Source: a virus
DNA: 64,000 nucleotides
IMG/VR virus record: IMGVR_UViG_3300040801_001025
Span: 20,499-84,498 of that record
Strand: one strand, 5' to 3'
The notes beneath the pieces were generated by a model that ran no database searches, was not told the DNA's origin, and saw only the letters and a list, made by a program, of their open reading frames with translations. How positions within the stretch are numbered: position 1 is the stretch's first letter; every line of letters starts with the position of its first letter. Shown here piece by piece: positions 10,248 to 19,371 of this stretch. A program made the position numbers and the translations under genes.

Positions 10248-11725
10248 GCGCACGAATTACTATACTTGACGAAGTTAATGTTTCAGTTACTGGACTAGAG
10301 CCAAGAGACATTAATTTCTTGTATGACAAATTTAGCATCTATGCTAAAGGTTTTCGCCACCAAGTAAAATTTAAACTTGGTCGATGGGATGGCAAGATAC
10401 AACACTTTTCTAAGCAAGGTAAGACTTACGTCAAGCTTTTGCCAGAAATCATCAAGTATTTGCGTGCCAGAGAATACAGTATCAAGCTTGTCGATAACCG
10501 TCAACAGCGTGATCTGAGCATTCCGCCTATTGACGAGAACTACTTGATTGATCGTGGATACGAAGACATCAAGTTGGGTGCTCATCAAGTTCGTGGCATC
10601 AATGCGCTTACAAAAGCTGGTGGTGAAATATTTGAGGGCGGTACTGGTGCAGGCAAAACACTTATGACTGCCGTGTTAGCTCAGCTTTATGAAGAACATC
10701 ATAACTTCAGAACAATTGTCATTGTACCCACGAAAGACTTGATCACGCAGACTCGTAATGAAATGGTTGAGTTTGGTGTTGATGCGGGTTTGTATGGTGC
10801 CGAAAAAGACTTAGATCATACTCATATCGTGAGTACTTGGCAAACTCTACAGAAGAATCCCGCATTCATGGGTCAGTTCCAAGCTGTAATAGTTGATGAG
10901 TGCCATGGGGTCACGGGCGACGTACTTCGCAGCATATTAAATGATGCTGGTGCAAAGTGCGCTGTTCGTATAGGTTTGACTGGCACCTTACCAGAAGAAG
11001 AAATTGATCAGATGGCTGTTCGTATTACACTTGGTAATGTAATCGAAAAAGTCGAAGCATCAGAATTGATTGCATGTGGTTGGCTTGCTGAGTTGAAACT
11101 TTATAGCTATGAGCTTGTCGAAGACCTACGTCAAGAGTTTGCTGAGTTCATTGAGAAGAATCCGAAGTATGCCAATATTACATATAAGCAATACAAGAGT
11201 GGTAAACATTCGTTCCCTGATTACACCGCAGAGAAAAAGTATCTTCAAAAGAAAGAAGAGCGTTTAGATTTCTTGTCGAAGTTGATAGCAACTACAGGAA
11301 AGCAGAACACTTTGATTCTTGTGCCTAATGTTGAATTTGGTAGAAAGCTTGCACGTTCTATTGAAGGCGCAACATTCTTTTCGGGCAAAGACACTAGCAA
11401 AATAAGACAGCAATTGTACTCGTCTTTTAATGAAGAAAATGGTATAATAGCTATTACAACCTATGCGCTTGCCTCCACTGGTCTTAATATCAAGAGAATT
11501 TTCAATCTATTCTTGATTGATGCTGGCAAAAGTTATGTTCAGGTTATTCAGAGCATTGGACGTGGATTGCGCCGTGCTCCTGACAAAGACAAGGTGTGGG
11601 TTTACGATGTGTATAGTGATACTCGTTTCTCGAAAACTCATGGTGGCAAGCGTAAGACACATTACAAGAAAAAGAATTATAAGTTCACTCATAAGAAAGT
11701 GGACTACATAAACTTACTTATATAA
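10244..11725 (+). CDS. uvsW: UvsW-like SF2 DNA helicase
   Basis: GRWDGKI, GTGAGKT, VDECH, GLTGT, QSIGRGLR. Confidence 0.92.
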   Translation: MSARITILDEVNVSVTGLEPRDINFLYDKFSIYAKGFRHQVKFKLGRWDGKIQHFSKQGKTYVKLLPEIIKYLRAREYSIKLVDNRQQRDLSIPPIDENYLIDRGYEDIKLGAHQVRGINALTKAGGEIFEGGTGAGKTLMTAVLAQLYEEHHNFRTIVIVPTKDLITQTRNEMVEFGVDAGLYGAEKDLDHTHIVSTWQTLQKNPAFMGQFQAVIVDECHGVTGDVLRSILNDAGAKCAVRIGLTGTLPEEEIDQMAVRITLGNVIEKVEASELIACGWLAELKLYSYELVEDLRQEFAEFIEKNPKYANITYKQYKSGKHSFPDYTAEKKYLQKKEERLDFLSKLIATTGKQNTLILVPNVEFGRKLARSIEGATFFSGKDTSKIRQQLYSSFNEENGIIAITTYALASTGLNIKRIFNLFLIDAGKSYVQVIQSIGRGLRRAPDKDKVWVYDVYSDTRFSKTHGGKRKTHYKKKNYKFTHKKVDYINLLI

Positions 11726-11734
11726 GGACCACTA

Positions 11735-12226
11735 ATGATAATTTCTGATGAAACCTCATACCCAGTATTGATTGATAGTGTCGACACGCCAACAATTAAT
11801 GATTACTTCTGGGTACTAGAGTTATCTTATCTTGATTTCATGTTAAACAAACTTAAAATGTTCGAAGAACATACCACACCAACTCTAGAAATTCTAGTAG
11901 ATGATTATTGGATGGAGATTCCTACTAACTGGAATATTCTCGTTTACTCAGAAGAGACTGCACAGCTTGATGTAGCGGAGATATCTGATCTAACTAGAGC
12001 ACGGTTTACCGCAGTATTGTACAAACATAAGACTGGTAGAATTGTACCAGCACCTGTTAAAGTAATTGATTATCATCATGAAGCTCAAGTTAAATTTCCT
12101 AGCCTAAATAAACATACAATGTTATGTCACCATGCAGGTCCAGATTCTTGGGTCTGTGTGGCACCGACTGATAACTATAATAAGTATCTCAAGAATAAGC
12201 TCGTTGGCGACTTGATGACTGATTAA
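11735..12226 (+). CDS. conserved hypothetical protein, possible degenerate Hint-fold domain
   Basis: beta-rich pattern resembling Hint blocks but lacking N-terminal Cys and TxxH. Confidence 0.55.
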   Translation: MIISDETSYPVLIDSVDTPTINDYFWVLELSYLDFMLNKLKMFEEHTTPTLEILVDDYWMEIPTNWNILVYSEETAQLDVAEISDLTRARFTAVLYKHKTGRIVPAPVKVIDYHHEAQVKFPSLNKHTMLCHHAGPDSWVCVAPTDNYNKYLKNKLVGDLMTD

Positions 12227-12237
12227 CGGAGAAATAA

Positions 12238-12735
12238 ATGGCTAGAAAGAAAAAGGCTGAACCCGTAAGCATAGATGAATTGAAATCTTATGTGAAAGGT
12301 GCGATTGAGTTGAATGATGATGGCTGGCATCCTGATGCAAAGCAATGGAACAAGATTGTTGATATGATCATGAATGTCAAGGAGCCTGAACCGGCTCCTG
12401 CGGCACCAGCACCACACTATGGGCCACCAGCACAGCAAGGGACAGCTATGCAACCTGCTGGTAATTTGGGAGGTATGCCGCCGCAACCTCAGCCGGGTCA
12501 GGGGCTACCCACCGGAATGGGAGGAGCAGTGCCTAAGAATCCATATGAAATGGATGATCCAAATGTAGACCGTCCCGCTCCAATGAAGTTGCCAAGTGAT
12601 GGTGCTCCTGTTCCAAAGTTTCTTAGAACAGGTGTTGAACAACGCGATGAAAATGGTAACATATCATCTGGTATCACAGTAAAAACTCCAAATATTGATA
12701 CATCGCAAAAACAGTATAAATCAGGATATGAATAA
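12238..12735 (+). CDS. hypothetical Pro/Gly-rich protein
   Basis: GGAG RBS; ORF in operon. Confidence 0.6.
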   Translation: MARKKKAEPVSIDELKSYVKGAIELNDDGWHPDAKQWNKIVDMIMNVKEPEPAPAAPAPHYGPPAQQGTAMQPAGNLGGMPPQPQPGQGLPTGMGGAVPKNPYEMDDPNVDRPAPMKLPSDGAPVPKFLRTGVEQRDENGNISSGITVKTPNIDTSQKQYKSGYE

Positions 12736-13270
12736 ACTCAACGGACGAACACTATATCCCGATGGGGATTCTATTGTCAGTAAAGAGTATTTGTATGAAC
12801 ACGTACTCGATGGTGGCAGTGTAGCAGATGTTTGTTTAGATGAAGAAGATTATAACTCTGAAGAAATTAAAACCTATAATAGAAAATATCCATTAGACAG
12901 AGCACGTATCAAGACTTCGGTAAAGCCATTGTCCACAGAATGGAACATACCAGAAGAATATAAAAATCTGAATATAAAACAACATGTTATGAAATGTTTG
13001 GAACGGGAATTGAAGGAACGCCCACTATCCACTGAGAAGATTAAGAAGCGTATCTATCGAACTAAGATGGAACTTCGTATCTGGAAAGAACGTGGTCTAG
13101 ATGATTTGCTCAGAACGCTCGTATACATAGTAAGTACCTTTGAAGAGAATGATATAGTTTGGGGGACAGGCAGGGGAAGCTCCTGTGCTAGCTATGTCTT
13201 GTACTTAATTGGTATACATCAAGTAGATAGTGTACGGTACGGGCTGGATGTGGGCGAGTTCTTCCGCTAA
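12728..13270 (+). CDS. dnaE: DNA polymerase III alpha (DnaE-like) fragment 1
   Basis: R..MEL, WGTGRGSSCASYVLYLIGIHQVDSVRYGL..EFF matches the DnaE GRGS palm segment; ends just before the PDIDID motif. Confidence 0.85.
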   Translation: MNKLNGRTLYPDGDSIVSKEYLYEHVLDGGSVADVCLDEEDYNSEEIKTYNRKYPLDRARIKTSVKPLSTEWNIPEEYKNLNIKQHVMKCLERELKERPLSTEKIKKRIYRTKMELRIWKERGLDDLLRTLVYIVSTFEENDIVWGTGRGSSCASYVLYLIGIHQVDSVRYGLDVGEFFR

Positions 13271-13278
13271 AGGTTCTG

Positions 13279-13286
13279 TATAAATA
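13279..13286 (+). promoter_or_regulatory. T4-late-type promoter TATAAATA
   Basis: consensus match upstream of 13317. Confidence 0.6.
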
Positions 13287-13316
13287 CTCCTACTGTACCT
13301 AAACGAGAGGAACCAT

Positions 13317-13709
13317 ATGTCTAGAGTAAGAAGCATAAAAGGTGAAATCGTAGACTTCGATTTCATGCGTACTAAGAAAAAAATGGAAGACCGTTCTAAA
13401 TCCAAAGAAGTTGAAATGCGTGAGAACTATGTGGATATCAAACGTCGTCGTCGTAATCCTTATAGAAATGTTGCTGAACTTGTAGAAGAGCAGCGAAAGA
13501 ATGAAGATGATGTACGTTCTCGATTAAGAGCACAAAAAGCTCAGAAGGAAGCGGATGGTGAAGGTATTGAAAGTACACCAGAACCTACTACTACAGCCAC
13601 ACCTACCGCAACTAGTCGTCGCACTTCAAAAACTGTGGTTAAGCGTAAGCAACCTACGCCAACCAGCACACCGGATGAAGACGATACACTTGAAGAAGAT
13701 GAAGATTAA
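13317..13709 (+). CDS. hypothetical protein (RSIKGEIVDFD N-terminus, Thr/Pro-rich tail)
   Basis: GAGAGG RBS, late promoter. Confidence 0.65.
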   Translation: MSRVRSIKGEIVDFDFMRTKKKMEDRSKSKEVEMRENYVDIKRRRRNPYRNVAELVEEQRKNEDDVRSRLRAQKAQKEADGEGIESTPEPTTTATPTATSRRTSKTVVKRKQPTPTSTPDEDDTLEEDED

Positions 13710-13718
13710 GGATAATAT

Positions 13719-14063
13719 ATGTCAGAACAAGAACTACAGGCCATCGATGATCACATTCTATTTGAATTCGTAGAAGATGTGGGAGGCGGTGGCTTCTTGC
13801 AGAAAAGTGGAAGCGGTGTAGTCATCGCAGAAGGGCACGAGAAACAACTTGATACTTGTAGATGGATTAGAGCATTATCCATTGGCCCTGATGTAAATGA
13901 GGAATTCAAGGTAGGAGACGTTCTCCTAATTGAAAATCTTCAATGGACAACTATGTTCATGGTCAAAGATAAAGGTCAAAAGTATTGGCAGACTAAGGCT
14001 GAGCATGTTCTAGCTACTATTGACCCTGATAACCCACCGGAAGAAATCAAGAACTTCCTATGA
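13719..14063 (+). CDS. groES: GroES-like co-chaperonin
   Basis: LQAIDDHILFE, SGSGVVI mobile loop, SIGPDV.EEFKVGDVL. Confidence 0.75.
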   Translation: MSEQELQAIDDHILFEFVEDVGGGGFLQKSGSGVVIAEGHEKQLDTCRWIRALSIGPDVNEEFKVGDVLLIENLQWTTMFMVKDKGQKYWQTKAEHVLATIDPDNPPEEIKNFL

Positions 14064-14071
14064 TCTGATAC

Positions 14072-14100
14072 TTGATATATGGGGAGTTCTGGAGTATAAT
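14072..14100 (+). promoter_or_regulatory. sigma70 promoter embedded in inverted repeat
   Basis: TTGATA-N17-TATAAT. Confidence 0.7.
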
Positions 14101-14122
14101 GCTCCTAAAAAGGACTCCCCAT

Positions 14123-15049
14123 ATGCTACAAAAATTATGGGTCGAGAAGTATCGGCCTACTTCCTTAGATGAATACATCTTTCAAAATAGCAGTCACGAT
14201 GAGGCATTTCGTCAGTACATCAAAGACGGTACAATTCCTAATTTATTACTAGCTGGCCATCCCGGCACAGGTAAAACGGCACTTGCAAATATACTCAAGC
14301 ATGAGTTAGATATTGCAGATGCTGATTTCAAAGTCATGAATGCGTCTGACGATAACTCAGTAGAAACAGTTCGTAGAGAAATCAAAGCATTTATTCGTAC
14401 ACTTCCATTAGGTGATTTTAAAGTCGTCTTCTTAGACGAGGCTGATTACCTTACGCCAAACGCTCAAGCTGCACTTCGCGGTATCATGGAAGAAAATAGC
14501 GATAGTGTTAGATTCATTCTAACATGTAATGCTCCGCAAAAACTGCACAAAGCTATCAAGTCTCGTTGTCAGGAATATGCATTTGAGAGTCTGGACAAGA
14601 AGACTATGATGCGTGCTGCTGCTAAAATTCTAGTGGCTGAAAAAATTAAAGCTAAAGGTACTAAAATTCTAGCAGAATATGTAGACTTGGCATATCCTGA
14701 TATGCGCAAACTGATACAGATGCTTGAGCAGGGCTCTCGTACTGGCGAACTTCTTCCTCCCGAAGAACCTACTGATTCTCTTATGACAATGGTCGAAATT
14801 GCCGATGTACTTGAGAATGATGGATGGTTAGAAGCAAGGAACAGACTGGCCGGTAAGCTCAATGAAGATGACTTTGTGCCAGCTTATCGATTCCTTTACG
14901 AACATCTGCATGAGCTTGGTAAATTCGAAGACCCTGACAAATGGGTAGAAGGCCAGCTTATTATCACAAACTATTTAAGAGACGACGCGATAATTGCTGA
15001 TCGTGAAATGAATTTTTCAGCATGCCTATTAAGATTGGAGAAAGTATAA
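14123..15049 (+). CDS. clamp loader ATPase subunit (gp44/RFC-like)
   Basis: LWVEKYRP, GHPGTGKT, NASD, LDEADYLT, FILTCN, SRC. Confidence 0.93.
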   Translation: MLQKLWVEKYRPTSLDEYIFQNSSHDEAFRQYIKDGTIPNLLLAGHPGTGKTALANILKHELDIADADFKVMNASDDNSVETVRREIKAFIRTLPLGDFKVVFLDEADYLTPNAQAALRGIMEENSDSVRFILTCNAPQKLHKAIKSRCQEYAFESLDKKTMMRAAAKILVAEKIKAKGTKILAEYVDLAYPDMRKLIQMLEQGSRTGELLPPEEPTDSLMTMVEIADVLENDGWLEARNRLAGKLNEDDFVPAYRFLYEHLHELGKFEDPDKWVEGQLIITNYLRDDAIIADREMNFSACLLRLEKV

Positions 15050-15050
15050 A

Positions 15051-15374
15051 ATGCGTTCATTCATAACTGAAGAACAAAAGAAAACAATAAAGCAGGAAGA
15101 AGAGCTAGATGCGGTTGCTTCATTTCCTGATAAGAATCAGAAACTAGCGTGGAAGCGTAAGCGGAAACGCATTGTAGAGTTGATTGGTAGAATTGAACCA
15201 TACGAAGAACAGATTCGAGATTTGATTCTGAAGAAGCAGCCAATCATGGATCAGATTGATGAGGTACGTGCAGCTATGGTGAAGGACTGTATTCATCCTC
15301 GCGAAGAGCTTGTTCATAAGGGCACACACATTGAATGTAAATTCTGTCAGAGGAAACTAAAACCAGTTGGCTGA
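15051..15374 (+). CDS. hypothetical protein with C-terminal Zn-ribbon-like motif
   Basis: CIH...ECKFC. Confidence 0.6.
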   Translation: MRSFITEEQKKTIKQEEELDAVASFPDKNQKLAWKRKRKRIVELIGRIEPYEEQIRDLILKKQPIMDQIDEVRAAMVKDCIHPREELVHKGTHIECKFCQRKLKPVG

Positions 15375-15819
15375 GCGATTAGACATACATGAAGTATTGC
15401 GAAAAGTGGATGCGTTTGATCGTGATTACTTTCGCAATCTTAGCGATGAAGAACAGAAAGGTCTATCACCTTACATCATGATGCGATGGCTAGGAGGTTG
15501 TAAATCACCTCTTCAGATTCAGCTTGTGAACAAATTCATGAACAGTGCAGTGTTTGAGCTTGGGGATCATCCCAAGCTCCTGTATAATCTTGCGTTGTGC
15601 TCTACTGATCGTCGTCCTAAGAAGTACAGCTTTATAAAGACTGCAAAGGATAAGAGTCTGGGCAAAGTTGCTGAGGTCGTGAAACGATATTACAAGTGCA
15701 GCGGTAGAGTTGCAGTTCAATACTTGGAAGTATTGGACGATGCTGATATTTTACAAATGGCCGAAGAGCTTGGCATGCAAGATGATGAAATAAAGAAACT
15801 TAAACTGGAGTTGAAGTGA
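15367..15819 (+). CDS. clamp loader small subunit (gp62-like)
   Basis: SPYIMMRWL, VKRYY.CS..VA.QYL pattern; near gp44. Confidence 0.6.
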   Translation: MAERLDIHEVLRKVDAFDRDYFRNLSDEEQKGLSPYIMMRWLGGCKSPLQIQLVNKFMNSAVFELGDHPKLLYNLALCSTDRRPKKYSFIKTAKDKSLGKVAEVVKRYYKCSGRVAVQYLEVLDDADILQMAEELGMQDDEIKKLKLELK

Positions 15820-16493
15820 AAAATTATTTCGAATGCAAATACTGCTTTAAGAAGTACACCAGTGAAAAGCTATTCAACAAGCATGAATGTAAAGAAATGC
15901 GAATTGAAAAGCTAATGCGTAGTAATACTGGCATGGCGGCATATGAGATTCATTGCGAGTGGAGACGTGCAAGAGGTATGGCACCGCTATCTAAAGAACG
16001 TTTTAGCGAATCCCGAGCATTGACTTCCATGGTCAAGTTTGTAAAATTCTCCAAGCGTGTTGCTCTACCTGCGCGTTCAAAGTTTATCAAATACATGTCT
16101 GAGCTTGGCATTCATGCTAAGGACTGGTGTAACAATAAAGTCTATGAGCATTACATCTCTAAGTTTGATGAATTAGTAACGCCAGAAGAACAAGCTGATG
16201 TGACGTTAGAAACGATTAATCAACTTGCGAAAATCTATCGGTGTGAAACAGGTGATGTGTTAGCTCACATGCTACCAGACACTGCGATAAAGCTCATGCA
16301 AGCTCGTAAATTCTCACCATGGGTGATGCTACTATCTACTAAGTTTCACAGCTTCATGATGTATGGAATGTCACCGGAGCAACGTGCCCTACTTGAAGTC
16401 TACGTTGATCCTAAGATTTGGAATGACAGACTTAAAGAGAATCCTGAGTTCACAAACCGAATGAAAAAGATTGTAAAATCTTTAGGGCTTTAA
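15816..16493 (+). CDS. hypothetical protein with N-terminal zinc finger
   Basis: [21 protein letters not shown]; SPW motif. Confidence 0.65.
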   Translation: MKNYFECKYCFKKYTSEKLFNKHECKEMRIEKLMRSNTGMAAYEIHCEWRRARGMAPLSKERFSESRALTSMVKFVKFSKRVALPARSKFIKYMSELGIHAKDWCNNKVYEHYISKFDELVTPEEQADVTLETINQLAKIYRCETGDVLAHMLPDTAIKLMQARKFSPWVMLLSTKFHSFMMYGMSPEQRALLEVYVDPKIWNDRLKENPEFTNRMKKIVKSLGL

Positions 16494-17419
16494 TATCTGA
16501 CAGCTATAAATCTATATGACCATTGACCAGTAGTTACAGCCACACCTTGGTTATTGCTACCACCGCCATTTTTTGGACATATGTAAGGGCCTTGCGTGAT
16601 AGAATATGTCGTATTTGTCCATTTAAAATAAAGATTAGTAGCATTGCAATATATGACAAATCTGTTTTGGTTAACAGGAATACCGCCACCAACGTTCACC
16701 TGTAAAGTTTCAACTGCACCACCGCCGACTGGAATTCTCTCACCAACTACATAACCGTTATTTGCGGATGTGCATTCTAAATATACCATATAAATGTCTG
16801 GAACGCCACCAAGACCGTGTGATTCAGTAATGGTAGCTGTGGTAAGTGATCGTAAGCCTGACCTAAACACTGTTCCGGCAACGTCACCCGCTGGTCCCTG
16901 CGGACCTTGTGGACCTGTTGGACCGGCTGGGCCTGTTGGACCGGCTGGACCGGCTGGACCTGTAGCACCTGTCGCACCTGTTGGACCGGCTGGACCGACT
17001 GGTCCCGGTGGACCCGGTGTCAATGAAATAGTATCAACTTCATCTTTTAATTCTTGAATAGCATCTTGTACATTATTTGAACCTATGCTATTATACGGTG
17101 TGAAACTAACATCATTTGCATTAATTGTACTACCTAATGTCGCCCATGTTGAACCATTGAAAACATAAAGCTGCTCATCGGTTTGGTTCCACCATGTTTG
17201 ACCTTCAAGTGGATTATTGATTACGCTAGAAGGCGGTGTACCCGGAGTTGGACCTTCAGGTGATGAAAAGTTTGCAGCAAGTTGTACAAGGTTTTGCTGT
17301 CGAGCAGCACCATAATCAAGACGGCGTTTACCAGTGAAGGTCACACCATGATTGAATACAACCTCTGTGTCTAAAACTGAAAAACTACTCCCATCGGGAA
17401 GATTAATAGTATAGGCCAT
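16490..17419 (-). CDS. virion structural/tail-fibre-like protein with collagen repeat
   Basis: [26 protein letters not shown], (GPx)n collagen run; late promoter TATAAATA at 17440-17447 (-). Confidence 0.75.
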   Translation of the reverse strand: MAYTINLPDGSSFSVLDTEVVFNHGVTFTGKRRLDYGAARQQNLVQLAANFSSPEGPTPGTPPSSVINNPLEGQTWWNQTDEQLYVFNGSTWATLGSTINANDVSFTPYNSIGSNNVQDAIQELKDEVDTISLTPGPPGPVGPAGPTGATGATGPAGPAGPTGPAGPTGPQGPQGPAGDVAGTVFRSGLRSLTTATITESHGLGGVPDIYMVYLECTSANNGYVVGERIPVGGGAVETLQVNVGGGIPVNQNRFVIYCNATNLYFKWTNTTYSITQGPYICPKNGGGSNNQGVAVTTGQWSYRFIAVRY

Positions 17420-17463
17420 TATATAACTCCGCTTTACTATATTTATAAAGGGGTCCATAACAC

Positions 17464-18051
17464 ATGGATATTGACATAGATATCGCACCTGAAGTTGATG
17501 TAGAGGAATTATTCCCTAATGTCATTCGCAGTTCGCGAATTGAGAATGACGAACTCAAGAAACACAATGTCGGGTATCATTTTCAAAACATAGCGGTTGA
17601 TCCTATAACTGGTTTTGCTGCAATTCCAGCAAAACCAGATAAACCTGTCGATCAGCTTAAAGAACATGGATATATTAAAATTGATATGATTACTGTAAAT
17701 CTACTTAAGCATTTTAAATCTAAAGAAGAAATGCGAGAATTGCAAGAAAAGGAGCCTGATTGGTCACTACTTGAAGATGAAGAAGTTGTTTCTAAACTTT
17801 TTCACTTAGCAAAGCATTTTGATGTTATTTCTAGAGTTAAACCAAGGTCCATTGTGGCACTTGCTGATGTATTTGCTTTGATTCGTCCGAACAAACTTAA
17901 AATGTTAGATAAATACCTTAGTAACCCGGAGCAGTATCGGGAAGAGCTTTTTACTAAACGCGATCCATCTGATATGAGACGCGCACACGCTCTTCCTTAC
18001 GCTCTGCTTATTGTGCTACAATTACATTTGATAAAAGAAGGTAGAATATGA
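17464..18051 (+). CDS. dnaE: DNA polymerase III alpha (DnaE-like) fragment 2, catalytic aspartates
   Basis: MDIDID, KHNVG, KIDMI (third Asp), [20 protein letters not shown]. Confidence 0.85.
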   Translation: MDIDIDIAPEVDVEELFPNVIRSSRIENDELKKHNVGYHFQNIAVDPITGFAAIPAKPDKPVDQLKEHGYIKIDMITVNLLKHFKSKEEMRELQEKEPDWSLLEDEEVVSKLFHLAKHFDVISRVKPRSIVALADVFALIRPNKLKMLDKYLSNPEQYREELFTKRDPSDMRRAHALPYALLIVLQLHLIKEGRI

Positions 18052-18536
18052 AATTAAGTGACATTAAACCCATAAGGCCAATTCTAGAACAAGGTCCAAT
18101 GGATATGGATATGGATATGGATGATATGGGTATGGATGATATGGGTATGGACGATGGTCCACAGCCACAGCAAGGCTCTGCTGATACTGCCGCAGATGAA
18201 GAAATTGGTCCGTTCGTGGGTGAGTTGAATGCAACTCAGCTTGGAATTGTTCTGAGTATGAAATTGGCCGGTTCTCCAGAACTTGCACATGCCGAGCTTT
18301 CAGATACTCGTAACGTAGTATCCGGCCGTAACTTCTTAGAAGATAACGGATACATTGAAATTAATGATGACGTTGATCCGCCAACTGCTGAACTTACAGA
18401 TAAAGCAGAAGATGTTATTAACAAGAACGCATTAACTGGCGGTGACGGCCCAGACGGTGCCGGTCTCAGTGATAAAGGCAAAAAACTATTGAAACGTTAT
18501 AATGAAATGAAAGAAAGTTGGAAGACTGTCGAATAA
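18048..18536 (+). CDS. hypothetical acidic protein, possible internal head protein
   Basis: MKLSDI...ILE N-terminus, MDMDMD repeat. Confidence 0.6.
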   Translation: MKLSDIKPIRPILEQGPMDMDMDMDDMGMDDMGMDDGPQPQQGSADTAADEEIGPFVGELNATQLGIVLSMKLAGSPELAHAELSDTRNVVSGRNFLEDNGYIEINDDVDPPTAELTDKAEDVINKNALTGGDGPDGAGLSDKGKKLLKRYNEMKESWKTVE

Positions 18537-18977
18537 TTACAGTGTGCCAGAAGTGAGGGGTTTGTAAACAATCTCAATACCCTCTGGTACTTCCTTTCTC
18601 TTACGCTTTCTGACCTTGTTAGGACCATTCATGTTGAACTGTGGCAGTGGGCCAATTACTCTAGTTACATAGTCAATAGGAAAGGCCCTGAATATAGAAG
18701 ATGCTTCTTCTACTAAGTTTCTCTTAGAAAATTCTACAGAAATAGGATAGCGATCCCCATTCGAATCGTACCATTCATAAGCAATACGAATCAAATCCTC
18801 TTCGCTGAAGTTTTCTGGTCCACATAAGTCTATAACATAGCTGTAGATATATTTCTTGCTAATGTTATCAATGATATTCAAAAAGCTTTCATCGTTAAAT
18901 CGGATTAATGTAATGAATTCATACCCATCGTAATCTTCGGGATGTGGTTCTACAACTAATGGAAATTTTTTATTCAT
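18537..18977 (-). CDS. conserved hypothetical phage protein
   Basis: AAGGA RBS and CATAAATA late promoter (18998-19005, -). Confidence 0.65.
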   Translation of the reverse strand: MNKKFPLVVEPHPEDYDGYEFITLIRFNDESFLNIIDNISKKYIYSYVIDLCGPENFSEEDLIRIAYEWYDSNGDRYPISVEFSKRNLVEEASSIFRAFPIDYVTRVIGPLPQFNMNGPNKVRKRKRKEVPEGIEIVYKPLTSGTL

Positions 18978-19041
18978 GGCAATTCCTTGTATCTTTATAT
19001 TTATGAACAAGATACGATGATGTTAAGATGGCTATATTAAC

Positions 19042-19356
19042 TTATATGGTTTCTATAACACCGCACGAGTCGCCTTGCTTGTAAACCACAAAGTTAATAT
19101 ATCCAGCTTGAGCAGATGTTAAAATAATTCTAAACTGATTAGAATTATCAATAATGATTTGATCTGGAAGTATCTGCTCATCATTAACAAATACTTGCAA
19201 TCCAATATTCGTAGAATCATTGTTATGCTTTACTACCCATTCTGTAGATGGCGTATCTTGAAAGAAAGTATACGGACACAAAGTGAACGCGTCACTTAGC
19301 ATCAAATAGAATTCGCCCGTATCTTTACTTCTGTGTATTTGTCTTAATGTACTCAT
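19042..19356 (-). CDS. small virion-associated protein
   Basis: W.V.HN....LQVF....I.PD.I.I domain, shared with N-terminus of the neighbouring giant protein. Confidence 0.6.
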   Translation of the reverse strand: MSTLRQIHRSKDTGEFYLMLSDAFTLCPYTFFQDTPSTEWVVKHNNDSTNIGLQVFVNDEQILPDQIIIDNSNQFRIILTSAQAGYINFVVYKQGDSCGVIETI

Positions 19357-19371
19357 TTTATTATATTCCCG

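Noticed and set aside
13270-17464. Intron or split intein joining the two DnaE fragments
   Set aside because: No group I/II intron core or intein terminal motifs at either fragment end; intervening DNA is ordinary genes
18099-18155. ATGGAT/ATGGGT microsatellite-like repeat
   Set aside because: In-frame coding low-complexity (MDMDMD) with no sign of phase variation
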